Positions 23,587 through 37,473 of a DNA stretch of 64,000 nt are shown here, piece after piece. Both the position numbers and the translations under genes were made by a program. Below the pieces are notes generated by a model. That model was not told where the DNA came from. It saw only the letters and a program-made list of their open reading frames with translations, and did no database searches. Source of the stretch: Squalus acanthias (taxonomy: Eukaryota). The stretch lies in the NCBI GenBank assembly GCA_030390025.1, contig CM059432.1, positions 124,001 to 188,000 on the forward strand. The letters are read 5' to 3'. Each line of letters starts with the position of its first letter. Position 1 is the first letter of the stretch.

Positions 23587-24945
23587 GGTTAGCCTAACAT
23601 CAGTAGTAGGGAAAATGCTGGAGTCTATTATAAAGGATGTGAGAACAGGACACTTAGAAAATATCAACGGGATTAGACAAAGTCAACATGGATTTATGAA
23701 AGGGAAATTGTGATTGACAAACCTACTGGAGTTTTTTGAGGATGTAACTGGTAGAATAGATAAGGGAGAACCAGTTGATGTGTTGTATTTGGATTTTCAG
23801 AAGGCCTTTGATAAAGTCCCACATAAGAGGTTAGTGTGCAAAATTAAAGCACAGGGGATTGGGGGTAATATACTGGCATGGATTGAAAATTGGTTAACAG
23901 ACAGGAAACAGAGAGTAGGAAAAAAATGGGTCTTTTTCGGGGTGGCAGGCAGTGACTAGTGGGGTACCACAGGGATCAGTGCTTGGGCCCCAGCTATTCA
24001 CAATATATATCAATGATTTGGATGAGGGAACCAAATGTAATATTTCCAAGTTTGCTGACGACACAAAACTAGGTGGGATTGTGAGTTGTGAGGAGGATGC
24101 AAAGAGGCTTCAAGGCGATTTAGACAAGTTGAGTGAGTGGGCAAATACATGGCAGATGCAGTATAACGTGGATAAATGTGAAGTTATACACTTCAGTAGG
24201 AAAAACAGAAAGGCAGAGTATTATTTAATTGATGATAGATTGGGAAATGTTGATGTACAAAGGGACCTGGGTGTCCTTGTACACCAGTCACTGAAAGCAA
24301 ACATGCAGGTGCAGCAAGCAGTTAGGAAGGCAAATGGTATGTTGGCCTTCATTGTAAGAGGATTTGAGTACAGGAGCAAGGATGTCTTACTACAGTTATA
24401 TAGGGCCTTGGTGAGACCACACCTGGAGTACTGTGTGCAGTTTTGGTCTCCTTACCTAAGAAAGGATATACTTGCCATAGAGGGAGTGCAGCGAAGGTTC
24501 ACCAGACTGATACCAGGGATGGCAGGACTCTCGTATGAGGAGAGATTCGTTCGACTAGGCCTGTATTCACTAGAGTTTAGAAGAATGAGAGGGGATCTCA
24601 TTGAAACGTACAAAATACTGACAGGGTTAGACAGCCTGGATGCAGGGAGGATGTTTCCCCTGGCTGGGGGGGTCAAGAACGAGGGGTCACAGTCTCAGGA
24701 TACGGGGTAGGACATTTAGGACTGAGGTGAGGAGAAATTTCTTAACTCAGAGGGTGGTGAACCTGTGGAATTCTCTACCACAGAAGGCTGTGGAGGCCAA
24801 GTCACTGAATATATTTAAGAAGGAGATAGATAGATTTCTCAATGCAAAAGGCGTCAAGGGGTATGGGGAGAGAGCAGGAATATGGTATTGAGATAGAGGA
24901 TCAGCCATGATCATATTGAATGGCGGAGCAGGCTCAAAGGGCCGA
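23587..24945 (+). mobile_element. 5'-truncated CR1 LINE
   Basis: RT ORFs 23714-23959, 23952-24710 and 24640-24891, followed by a partial tail. Confidence 0.93.
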
Positions 24946-24997
24946 ATGTACAAAGGGACCTGGGTGTCCTTGTACACCAGTCACAGAAAGCAAACAT

Positions 24998-27900
24998 AAA
25001 GCCTGAGGCTCGAGGCCCAGACCGAGCTATTGGGAGCAGCAGCGAGAGCGGACCGACCTGTGAGAGAACAGGCGAAGGAGGAGCGAGGAAATAAAGCCCG
25101 AGGCTCGAGGCCCAGACCGAGCTATTGGGAGCAGCAGCGAGAGCGGACCTCAACAGGCAACATTCGAAAGTGATGTCAGAGATTAAAAGTGACGTCGGCA
25201 CAAGGGAAGGAGCTGATTGGTCAGTCGTACCTGGTGAGTATTTCTCCAGTCCAGTCGTTAAAGTCAAAGTAAGGTCTCTAGTTTAGAGTAAGTAGTGTTT
25301 AAAGTGAAGTAAGGTCCATAGTGTATTTAACATTCTTTAATTTAAAGGAAGTAAAGGGAGTAAGTTAAGGTTAGGACATGGCAGGGCAGCTCGGCAGCGT
25401 GGAGTGCACCTCCTGTGCTATGTGGGAAGTCAGGGACACTTTCGGTGTCCAGGGCGAACACGTGTGCAGGAAGTGTCTCCAGCTGCAGCTACTTGAAATC
25501 CGCATTTCGGAGCTGGAGCTGCGGCTGGAGTCACTGTGGAGCATCCGCGAGGCTGAGATCTTCGTGGATAGCATGTTTAACGAGGCGGTCACACCGCAGG
25601 TAAAGAGTGCACAGGCAGAAAGGGAATGGGTGACCGCCAGACAGAGTAAAAGAATTAGGAAGGTAGTGCAGGAGTCCCCTGGGTCCATCTCCCTCTCCAA
25701 CAGATTTTCCGTTTTGGATACTGATGGGGGAGATGGTTTCTCAGGGGAATGCAGCAAGAGCCAAGTCCGTGGCACTACAAGTGGCTCTGCTGCACAAGAG
25801 GAGAGGAAAAAGAGTGGGAGAGCAATAGTGATATGGGATTCTATCATAAGGTGAACAGATGGATGTTTCTGCGGCCGCAGATGTGACTCCAGGATGGTAT
25901 GTTGCCTCCCTGGTGCCAGGGTCAAGGATGTCACTGAGTGGCTGCAGGACATTCTGAAGGGGGAGGGTAAACAGCCAGAGGTCGTGGTCCATATCGGTAC
26001 CAATGACATAGGTAGAAAGAGGGATGAGGTCCTGCAAGCAGAATATAGGGAGCTAGAAAATAAATTAAAAAGCAGGTAGTAATCTCAGGATTACTCCCAG
26101 TGCCATGCGCTAGCGAGAGCAGAAATAGGAGAATAGACCAGATGAATGCGTGGCTGGAGAGATGGTGTAGGAGGGAGGGATTTAAATTCCTGAGGCATTG
26201 GGACCGATTCTGGGGAAGGTGGGACCTGTACAAACTGGATGGATTACACCTTGGCAGAACCGGAACCTATGTCCTCGCAGGGGGGGTTGCTAGTTCTGTT
26301 GGGAAGGATTTAAACTAGTTTGTCAGGGGGCTGTTAACCTAAGTGTGGGCCCAGAATGGAGAGAAACAAAGCTGGAAGTGCAAGTTAGAAAAGTAGTCAG
26401 CAAAACTAGTAGGGAGCAGAAACAAAGGCCAACAGTAAAGAGGGTCAAAGTGCAGAAAAATATTAAACAGGCAATGTTGAAGGCACTTTATCTAAATGCA
26501 CGTAGCATTTGCAACAAGGTGGATGAATTAATGGCACTTAATAGAAGTAAATGGGTGTGATGTAATTGCCATTACAGAGACATGGTTGCAGGGTAACCAA
26601 AGCTGGGAACTGAATGTTCCAGGGTACTCAACATTTAGGAAGGACAGACAAAAAGGAAAAGGAGGTGGCGTAGCGCTGTTAATAAGGGATGAGATCGGTA
26701 CGGTAGAGATAAAAGATCTTGGCTTGGCAGATCGTGATGTAGAACTGGAATCAGTTTGGGTGGATCTAAGAAACAGCAAAGGGCAGAAAACATTGGTGGG
26801 AGTTGTGTGTAGGCCACCAAACAGTAATGGTAATGTAAGGCACAGTATCAATCAAGAAATTAGAAGTGCATGTAACAAGGGCAATACGGTAATCATGGGG
26901 GACTTTAATCTACATATTGACTGGGCAAATCAAATTACCACTAATGGTGTGGAGGACGAATTCTTGGAATGCATGCGAGATGGTTTCCTGGAACAGTATG
27001 TGGAGGAACCAACCAGGGAACAGGCTATTCTGGTTCTGGTACCGTGTAATGAGAAAGGGCTAATCAATAATCTTGTGGTAAAGGGGCCTTTAGGGACAAG
27101 TGACCATAATATGATTGAATTTTACATTAAGTTTGAGAGTGATGTAGTCCAATCTGAAACCATGGTCTTCAATCTAAACAGAGGAAACTACAAGGGTATG
27201 AGGGACAAGTTGGCCATGGTAGATTGGGAGACTACACTAAAAGGTATGAAGGTGGACATACAATGGCTAACATTCAAGGAAATAATGCATAATTTGCAAC
27301 AAACATATATTCCTCTAGGGCATAAAAACCCAAAAGGAAAAGTGATCCAACCATGGCTAACAAAAGAAATTAAAGCTAGTATTAAGTCAAAGGAGGAAGC
27401 TTATAAAGTTGCCAGAAAAAGCGGTCAGCCTGAGGATTGGGATCTTTTTAGAAATCAGCAAAGGGGGACCAAGAAATTGATAAAGAAAAGGAAAATGGAA
27501 TATGAGCACAAACTAGCGAAAAATATAAAAACAGATTGTAAAAGCTTCTATAGGTATGTGAAAAGGAAAAGACTGGCGAAGGTAAATGTAGGTCCTTTAC
27601 AGTCAGAGACGGGAGAATTTATAATGGGGAATGAGGAAATGGACAGTGAAATTAAATAAATACTTTGTTTCTGTCTTCACAGAGGAAGACACAAAAAACC
27701 TCCCAGAAATACGAGAAAATCAAGGGTGTGACGAGAATGAGGAACTTAAAGAAATTATTATTAGTAAAAAACAGTACTAGCAAAATTAATGGGACTAAAA
27801 GTCAATAAATCCAAGGACCGGATGACCTACATCCTAGGGTTTTGAAAGAGGTGGCCATTGGAATAGTGGATGCATTGGTTGTAATCTTCCAAAATTCTAT

Positions 27901-29225
27901 AGATTCTGGAACGGTTCCTGCAGATTGGAGGATAGCAAATGTAACCCCGCTATTTAAGAAAGGAGGGAGAGAGAAAACGGGGAACTACAGACCTGTTAGC
28001 CTCACATCAGTAGTTGGGAAAATGCTGCAATCAATTATAAAGGATGCAATAACTGGGCACTTAGAAACTAATAGTAAGATTGGGCAGAGTCAACATGGAT
28101 TTATGAAAGGGAAATCCTGTTTGACAAACCTATTGGAGTTCTTTGAGGATGTAACTAGTGGAGTAGACAAAGGGGAACCGGTAGATGTGGTGTATCTGGA
28201 TTTTCAGAAAGCCTTCGATAAGGTCCCACACAAGAGGTTGGTGAACAAAATTAGGGCACATGGAATTAGGGGTAATATACTAGCATGGATTGAGAATTGG
28301 TTAACAGACAGAAAACAAAGAGTAGGGATAAACGGGTCTTTTTCAGGATGGCAGGCTATGACTTGTGGGGTACCGCAAGGATCGATGCTTGGGCCCCAGC
28401 TATTCACAATCTATATCAATGATTTGGATGAGGGGACTAAATGTAACATTTCCAAATTTGCTGATGATACAAAGCTAGGTGGCAGTGTCAGTTGCGAAGA
28501 GGATGTGAAGAGGCTTCAAGGGGATCTCGACAGGCTCAGTGAGTAGGCGAGAACATGGCAGATGGAATATAATGTGGATAAATGTGAAGTTATCCACTTT
28601 GGGAGAAAAAACAGAAAGGCAGAGTATTTCCTAAATGGTGAAAGATTGGGGAATGCAGATGCTCAAAGGGGCCTGGGTGTCCTTGTACATGAGTCACTGA
28701 AAGTGAATGTGCAGGTGCAGCAAGCCATTAGGAAGGCAAATGGTATGCTGGCCTTCATTACAAGAGGATTTGAGTACAGGAGTAAAGAAGTCTTACGTAA
28801 ATTATATAGGACCTTGGTGAGACCACACCTGGAGTACTGTGTACAATTTTGGTCTCCTTACCTAAGGAAGGATATACTTGCCATAGAGGGAGTGCAACGA
28901 AGGTTCACGAAATTGATTCCTGGGATGGCGGGACTGTCGTATGAGAAGAGATTGAGTAAACTAGGCCTGTGTTCTCTTGAATTCAGAAGAATGAGAGGGG
29001 ATCTTATTGAAGCATACAAAATTATTACAGGGCTTATTAGGATGGATGCTGGGAGATTGTTTCCCTTGGCTGGGGAGTCTAGAACCAGGGGCCACAGCCT
29101 CAAGATAAAGGGAAGGCCATTCAGGACTGAGATGAGAAGACATTTCTTCAGAGGGTGGTGAATCTTTGGAATTCTCCACCCCAGAGGGCTGTGGCGGCTC
29201 AGTCATTGGGTATATTCAAAACAGA
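24998..29225 (+). mobile_element. Near full-length CR1 LINE (5'UTR, ORF1, ORF2; disrupted)
   Basis: ORF1 pieces 25378-26318 show a CxxC zinc finger, leucine zipper and SGNH-esterase HIGTND/DGLH motifs. ORF2 pieces 26345-29161 (APE + RT) carry stops and frameshifts. Confidence 0.93.
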
Positions 29226-29234
29226 AGTTCAATT

Positions 29235-29752
29235 ATTAAGAACATAAGAAATAGGAGCAGGAGTCGGCCGTTTGGCCCCTCGAGCCTGCTCCGCCATTCA
29301 ATAAGATCATGGCTGATCTTTCACCTCAACTCCACTTTCCTGCACTATCCCCATATCCCTTGATTCCCTTTATATTCAAAAATCTATCGATCTCTGTCTT
29401 GAATATAGTCAACGACTGAGCCTCCACAGCCCTCTGGGGTAGAGAATTCCAAAGATTCACCACCCTCTGAGTGAAGAAATGTCTCCTCATCTCAGTCCTA
29501 AATGGCCGACCCTTTATTCTGAGACTGTGACCCCTGGTTCTAGACTCCCCAGCCAAGAGAAACATCCTCCCTGCATCTATCCTGTAAGAATTTTGTATGT
29601 TTCAATGAGATCACCTCTCATTCTTCTAAACTCCAGAGAATATAGGCGTAGTCTGCTCAATCTGTCCTCATAGGACAATCTCCCCATCCCAGGAACCAGT
29701 CTGGTGAACCTTCGTTGCACTCCCTCTATGGCAAGTATATCCTTCCTGAGGT
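29235..29752 (-). mobile_element. CR1 3' fragment
   Basis: ORF 29326-29565 plus tail. Paralog at 62304-62822. Confidence 0.9.
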
Positions 29753-31174
29753 AAACATGACCAAGAAGCTGTCAGATTGTCGTAAAAGCCCAACTGGTTC
29801 ACTAATGTCCCTTTAGGGAAGGAAACCTGCCGTCCTTACCCGGTCTGGGCCTATAGGTGACTCCAGTCCCACACTAACCTGGTTGACCCTGAACTGCCCC
29901 ATGAAGTAGCCCAGCGAGACACTCAGTTGTATCAGACCTGCTATTGGGGAACTGGGGATGGGCAAAAAACGTCGGCCTTGCCAGCGACGCCCACATCCCG
30001 AGAATGAATAAATAAATAAAAAGTGCTTGAGAGCGAGTTGAGAGGAATTGTGAATGACAAAAGGAAAATGTTAAATCACAACAGAAAATGCTGGGAACAC
30101 TCAGCAGGTCAGGCAGCATCGAGGAGAGAGAGAAACAGAGTCAACGTTTCCAGTCGGGGAACCTTCGTCAGAAGGAAAATGTTAGTTTGGCTAAAGGAAG
30201 ACAAAGCATCAGGAGCTGATGGGATTAATCCTGGGATCCTGAGGGAGATTGAGGAGATAATTGGAGATTATATTACTGGGTCTACTGAGTGTGGATGTGT
30301 GCCCGAGGACTGGAGAGTGATCAATGTATTACATAGAATGTACAGCACAGAAAGAGTCCATCGGCCCAACTGGTCCGTGCCGGTGTTTCTGCTCCACACG
30401 AGCCTCCGCCCACCCCTCTTCATCTCACCCCATCACCATATCCTTCTATTCCTTTCTCCCTCATGTGTTTATCTCGCTTCCCCTTAAATGCATCTTTACT
30501 ATTCGCCTCAACCACTCCCTGTGGTAGCGAGTTCCACATTCTCACCACTCTCTGGGTAAAGAAGTTTCTCCTGAATTCCCTATTGGATTTATTAGTGACT
30601 GTCTTATATTTATGGCCCCTAGTTCTGGTCTCTCCCAACAAGTTGAAACATCTTCTCTACATCTTCCCCATCAAACCCTTTCATTACGTTAAAGACCTCG
30701 ATCAGGAGTGAAGGTGAAGAGAGTCAGTGAACTGAGGAGTGAGAATCAGGCAGCTAAATGGTTAAATCTGACAACAAATATTAAGAAATAACAAAGGGTA
30801 AAAAATGTACTTTTCAAACTATATGGAAATGTGAATAATGCTAATGTTGGTGTGGGCTCCACCCCCTGAGCCTCAGTGGCTGTTTTTGGCCCTCCCCTTA
30901 AATCTCATTGGTTGGCTGCCTCATGAGCTGATATTTGGGTTGGAACCTCATGCTCTGGAAAGGCGGAGGGACGAGGAGGCGAAACATATTGTGTGTGGAG
31001 TCTGGGATCAGGAGTTGGAGCAGAATTCTCTTTAAGAAGGTTGAGTGAAGCCTGGCTTTAATTTGGTGACTGGTTGGTCTAAACTGTGCTGTGTGGTTTG
31101 GGTCTGTGTTCTTGTGTCTTTACTAACGGAGGATCCTCCCTCTCTGTTTCACTCATTCCTGCAGGTTTTAAACC

Positions 31175-31297
31175 ATGGCGGCTGTGAGGGCAACCCTGGT
31201 TATGGACAATGGATCTGGAATAACTAAGGCCGGGTATGCAGGGGACGATGGCCCCTGTGTTTCATTTCCCTCCGTCGTGGGGCGTCCTCAAGAACAG
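31175..31297 (+). CDS. Divergent actin-like gene copy 2, coding exon 1
   Basis: Identical to copy 1 exon 1 except I34V; CAG|GTGAG donor. Confidence 0.93.
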
Positions 31298-32270
31298 GTG
31301 AGTCCTACAACGAGACATTGGAAGGAGATTCAATCCTTTGCTTTGGGTGTAAGGTGGGGGCTGGGTCTGCCTTTCCATATTTCAAACAGCCAGCTGAATG
31401 TTAATGTATCGTCCCGGGGCTGAGATCAACCTTAACCCTCGCTGGCTCTTGCTCTTGCAGTGAGCAATGTCCACAGTGTGTGCGTGTCCCTTTCCCCTGT
31501 TGTGGTGGTTTTTAGATATCAGTGCGGGGCTGTTCCAGTTTGGGTTTTTACTCGAACCCTACTCCTTGGCCCCAGTTTCTCGTAAAACAGGCTGCATCTC
31601 TGACGAAGTGAATGCTAGGGCTTGGTTCAATTGGATTGCGGCCAGAACACGTAAATCAAACGGCAAACATGTTGGTCATGTGTGAGAGGATTGGTGTGCG
31701 TGGAAGGTTGGCAGTGAGGGCGCGACTATCTGTTACGCACCCCGCCTGTTTTCCTGCCCCTGTCTTCAGTGGCGAGGACAATCCGGTGGGTGAGGACAAT
31801 CCGGCGGGCGATCTGCTCTCACCAGTTTCCATCCTTGCCAAAGTTGAAAATGACTCCCAATTTGCATTGGCTCTTTTCTACCCTCTCCGTTCCAATCAAC
31901 TCTACGTTGCTTTGTAAGTTTTGCTATTTAACTATAAGATGAAATTAAAGTATTGCTCCTCGATCTCCTGTTGCACTGCACACGGGCCGGCAAGACCAAG
32001 CGTCATCTTCAGATTAAGTGGGCAATGTGGACATAGATTCCAATGTCTACATTGAAACCTCATCCTCGTTTTCAAATCTCTCCAGGGCCTCGCCCCTCCC
32101 TATCTCTGTACCCTCCTCCAGCCCCACAACCCTCCGAGATCTCTGCACTCCTCCAATTCTGGCCTCTTGAGCATCCCCCGATTTTAATCGCTCCACCATT
32201 GGCGGCCGTGTCTTCAGCTGCCTGGGCCCCGAGCTCTGGAATTCCCTCCCTAAACCTCTCTGCCACTCTC

Positions 32271-33318
32271 ATAGAAACACAGAAACATAGAAGATAGGAG
32301 CAGGAGTAGGCCATTCGGCCCCTCGAGCCTGCTCCGCCATTCGATGAGATCATGGCTGATCATCCAAACTCAGTACCCTGTACCTGCCTTCTCCCCATAT
32401 CCCTTGATACCTTTAGCATTAAGAAATATATCTAACTCATTCTTGAATATATTTAATGACTTGGCCTCAACTACCTTCTGTGGTAGAGAATTCCATAGGT
32501 TCACCACTCTCTGGGTGAAGAAATTCTTCCTCATTTCTGTCCTAAATGGCTTACCCCTTATCCTTAGATTATGACCCCTGGTTCTGGACTCTCCGACCAT
32601 CGGGAACATTCTTCCTGCATCTAGTTTGTCCAGACCTGTTAGAATTTTATATGTTTCGATGAGATCCCCTCTCATTCTTCTATACTCCAGCGAGTATAAG
32701 CCCAATCGACCCAATCTCTCCTCATATGTCATTCCTGCCATCCCAGGTATCAGCCTTGTGAATCTTCGCTGAACTCCTTCCATGGCAAGAACATCCTTCC
32801 TCAGATAAGGCGACCAAAACTGCACACAGTACTCAAGGTGTGGTCTCACCAAGGCCCTGTACAACTGCAGCATGACATCCTGTTCCAGTACTCGAATCCT
32901 CTTCGCTATGAAGGCCAACATACCATTTGCCTTCTTCACCGCCTGCTGCACCTGCATGCTTACCTTCAGCGACTGGTGCACAAGGACACCCAGGTCTCGT
33001 TGCACTTCCCCTTCTCCCAATCTATTGCCATTCAGATAATAGTCTGCCTTTCTGTTTTTGACACCAAAGTGGATAACCTCGCATTTATCCACGTTATATT
33101 GCATCTGCCACGCTTCTGCCCACTCACCCAACCTGTCCAAATCATCCTGGAGTTTCTCAGTATCCTCCTCGGAGCACACACGCCCACCCAGCTTTGTGTC
33201 ATCTGCAAACTTGGAGATATTACATTTAGTTCCCTTATCCAGATCATTAATGTATATTGTGAATAGCTGGGGTCCAAGGACCGAACCCTGCGGTACCCCA
33301 CTAGTCACTGCCTGCCAC
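32271..33318 (-). mobile_element. 5'-truncated CR1 LINE
   Basis: ORF 32370-33308 with RT motifs, plus tail. Confidence 0.92.
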
Positions 33319-33919
33319 TTGTCTGATTGTCTGATCTGGGCATAATGAATTTTAACAAAAGTTCCAATCTTGGCCCATCATGTTAGATGGCCGGTAATTG
33401 TATCATGCCACTTCTTCAACTGCTCCCTTTGTCCGACAGCTTCGATGATGGGCCAGCCCAGTCTCAATGTCCCCGCTGATTATTTGAGCAAACACCTTGA
33501 AAGCCTTATGCGTAGACCTGATTGTAATTGGGTTTGTCCCCAATGCATAAGGAAATCGGAACACACAAGCTGATGGTTTGCCAGAGTCTGAAATGAAACT
33601 GCCAGGCTCTTGGTCACAGCCATTTTGATAAGCCCTGGATTATAAAACTCAGTCTGACCAGGGTTCCTTTTAATAAGGCCAATAAAATCTTCGGGGAGGG
33701 GGGACACATGAAATTTTGCGAATCCTTTCACAACTGACCGGGTCGCCCGGCTGCAGTGGCGAGTGGTCAATTTACAGCATCTTTTATACCCCAATACTTG
33801 GCAACCCTCCCACTGTGTCCGTGTCTCTAACTATACGGACAATGGTCAGCGGTTGTTTCTCAGTTCTTCTTCTCAATAGTTCGTTGAGCCTCCGTGGGTT
33901 TCGAGGCCGGTTACATTCC

Positions 33920-35085
33920 ATAAGAACATAAGAAACAGGAGCAGGAGTCGGCCAATCGGCCCCTCGAGCCTGCTCCGCCATTCAATAAGATCATGGCTGA
34001 TCCAATCTTGGCCTCAACTCCACTTTCCCGCTCTCCCCCCATAACCCTCGACTCCCCTGTAGCTCAAATATCTGTCTATCTCAGCCTTGAATCTATTCAG
34101 TGACTCCGCCTCCACAGCTCTCTGGGGTAGAGAATTCCAAAGATTCACGACCCTCCGAGAGAAGAAATTCCTCCTCATCTCTGTTTTAAATGGGCGACCC
34201 CTTATCCTGAAATTATGCCCCCTAGTTCTAGATTTTCCCCACGAGGGGAAACATCCTCCCTGCATCTACCCTGTCGAGCCCCCTCAGAATCTTACACGTT
34301 TCAATAAGATCACCTCTCAATCTTCTAAACTCTAATGAGTATAGGCCCAGCCTGCTCAATCTTTCTTCATAAGACAACCCCTTCATCTCAGGAATTAACC
34401 TCGTGAACCTTCTCTGAACAGCCTCCAACGCAAGTATATCCTTTCCTTAAATAAGGAGACCAAAACTGTACGCAGTACTCCAGGTGTGGTCTCACCAACG
34501 CCCTGTACAGTTGTAGCAAGACTTCCCTACTTTTATACTCTATCCCCCTTGCAATAAAGGCCAACATTCCATTTGCCTTCCTAATTACTTGCTGTACCTG
34601 CATGCTAACTTTTTGTGTTTCATGTACAAGGACCCCCAGATCGCTCTGTACCGCAGCATTTTGTAATCTCTCTCCATTTAAATAATAATTTGATTTTTTA
34701 TTCTTCCTACCAAAGTGGATAACCTCACATTTTCCCACATTATACTCCATCTGCCAAATTCTCGCCCACTCACTTAACCTATCTATATCCCTTTGCAGAC
34801 TCTTTGTGTCCTCCTCACAACTTGCTTTCCCAACTATCTTTGTATCGTCAGCAAATTTGGCTACAGTACACTCGGTCCCTTCATCCAAGTCATTAATATA
34901 GATTGTAAATAGTTGAGGCCCCAGCACTGATCCCTGTGGCACCTCACTAGTTACAGTTTGCCAACCGAAAAATGACCCATTTATCCCGACTCTCTGTTTT
35001 CTGTTAGTTAGCCAATCCTCTATCCATGCTAATATATTACCCCCAACCCCGTGAGCTCTTATCTTGTGCAGTAACCTTTTATGCA
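33920..35085 (-). mobile_element. 5'-truncated CR1 LINE
   Basis: ORFs 34388-35107, 34228-34428 and 34014-34265, plus tail. Confidence 0.92.
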
Positions 35086-35310
35086 TGACATGAATCTTGT
35101 CATTCATGTATGAAGTAATACTGAGCGGCCTGCTGGTGGCGCTGTCCAGGGAGAGTATAAATACTCGGGCATGGGCCCAGCTTGCTTAGGACATTCCTCA
35201 ACAAGAACTAGTGAAGGACACAACTAGACCTCCATGTTGAAAAACAGTTGATTAAAGCTTTGTTTAACGCTTAGACCAAGTGCCTAGTAGTTTTCTTACG
35301 TCAATGTACA

Positions 35311-36342
35311 TATTCATGTACAACGACACGCAGGTCCCACTGAATGCAAACATTTCCCAGTCTCTCACCATTCAAAAAATATTCTGCTTTTTTGTTTTTC
35401 CTACCAAAGTGGATAACTTCACACTTCCCCACATTGTATTCCATTTGTCTTGTTCTTACCCATTCTGTCAACCTGTCTATATCTCTCTGCAGCCTCTTTG
35501 CGTCCTCCTCACAGCTTACTTTCCCACCTAACTTTGTACCATCAGCAAACTTGGATACGTTACACTCAGTCCTTTCATTTAAGTCATTAATATAGATTGT
35601 AAATAGCTGAGGCCCAGGCACGGATCCTTGCGGTACCCCACTAGTTACAGCCTGCCAACCCGAAAAAGTCCTGTTTATTCCTACTCCCGGTTTTCTGTCC
35701 ATTAACCAATCCTCAATCCATGCTAATACATTACCCCCAATCCCATGAGTGCTAATTTTGTGTAATAACCTCTTGTGTGGCACCTTATCGAATGCTTTTT
35801 GAAAATCCAAATACACCACATCTACTGATTCCCCCTTATCCATCCCACTAGTTACATCTTCAAAAAACTCTCACAAATTTGTCAAACACGATTTCCCTTT
35901 CATAAATCCATAATGACTCTGCCTAATTATACTACAATTTTCTAAGTGCCCTGTTACCATGTCCCTAATAATAGATTTTAGCATTTTGCTACTACTGAGG
36001 TCAGGCTAACTGGCCTATAGTTCCCTGTTTTTTCTCTTCCTCCTTTCTTAAATAGTGAGGTTATGTCTGCTACCTTCTAATCCTTGGGACTGTTGTAGAA
36101 TCTAGGGAATTCTGGAAGATTAATACCAGTGCAGCCACTATCTCTGCAGCTACCTCTTTTAAAACCCTAGGATGCAGGTCGTCAGGTCCAGGGGATTTGT
36201 CGTCACTTTGTCCCATTAATTTCTCCTCCTATGTCTTTACTTATACTGATTTCTTTAAGTTCCTCATTCTCTCTAGACCCTTGGTTCTCCATTATTTCCG
36301 GAATGTTTTTTGTGACTTCTAACGTGAAGACAGATACAAAGT
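35311..36342 (-). mobile_element. CR1 LINE RT part (continues at 41448)
   Basis: ORF 35301-35843. Broken at AGATACAAAGT, which recurs at 41448-41458 as the TSD of the intervening RTE. Confidence 0.88.
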
Positions 36343-36343
36343 C

Positions 36344-37473
36344 TGAAGGGATAATTACTAGTCCTAGCCCCTTTGGGGCTACCCCAGATCAGGCGTATTC
36401 CCCAGATGTTCACTTTCAACTAAAGTTTGAGGTAGCTGAATCCTAAAGATGCTTAATTGGGTCTAAAGGTCCGGACTATCTCTCCCTAAAGGAACATCCT
36501 GAAAATGTTACCGTCCTCCAGATAGCACTTTTAATAAGTTTAGCTAGACTGTAACATTCCGGATATTATGAGGGTCCGAAAACTCCCCCAGAATTCTGCC
36601 ACTCCTCACCAAAGTGTGTACAGAGATTGAGTTCGCGAGTTTGATACAGAAGTCTTATGTGAGACAATTCTAAAAATATATAGATTTATTAAAGAACCGA
36701 CATGTATTTTAGAGTTGGTGAGTCAATCGCAACATTAACAGTTCCAAAAAGAGAAAGCTTTACAATCTTATTATCAGAGATCCTTATTCTCAAATCTTAA
36801 CTTCGCTACAGTTTTACAATTCTTCGTTTTATTCAGGATATCCACCAAAATCAAATACAGTACCTTTGATACCTGAGATACAAAGAGTTGTAGACTTACA
36901 GAGCTGTCTCTGAAGCCGAGAATCGCTTTGCCCCTTTACAGCGAGTCTATTATCCCATTTGAGAGTTCAATATTTATACCCTTTTTCAGTGGTATTTCCT
37001 TTAAGGTTTTCTGCTGATGTAAGCTAATTATCTCTAGTCATTTTTCTGCTGACTTCTGCAATTCTTACAGTCACCTCAGTTGGTAGCAATACAGAATCGT
37101 GTCTCTCCTCTAGGTATTCTAAGCTTACCATAAAAAACGGTGTAACAGCAGGTGCGCTTTATTTGATGTCATTTTTACGAAGGCAGATGTTTGTGGTTCT
37201 TTACGAAGTGTAAATTAGAATACCTTATACAGGGTGAACTATTGTCTGTTCCCAAAGATTCAGACTGTTGGGAGCCTTTAACCTTCTGTTTCAATAAGGT
37301 TATTGATTCAGTGTCAACAACTATCTTATCTCTATGGCCAGAATGTTTTCACAGCTTCTTCATAGTTAGGTTTCTAGATTTCCAAACCCAGTTTGCCATG
37401 TTTTAATAAGGCCAGAATTCTTTCATAGAATGGTGTATTTTTCTGAATAGGTTATATGGCTTATTCCTTCACA
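36344..37473 (-). mobile_element. Solo LTR (LTR retrotransposon/ERV)
   Basis: TG...CA ends with an inverted terminal match (TGAAGGGATAA / TTATTCCTTCA) and AGTC direct repeats on both flanks. Minus-strand TATAAATA (~36971) precedes AATAAA (~36685). Confidence 0.7.

Noticed and set aside
30815..30830. Possible CArG box (ACTATATGG)
   Set aside because: Does not fit CC(A/T)6GG.
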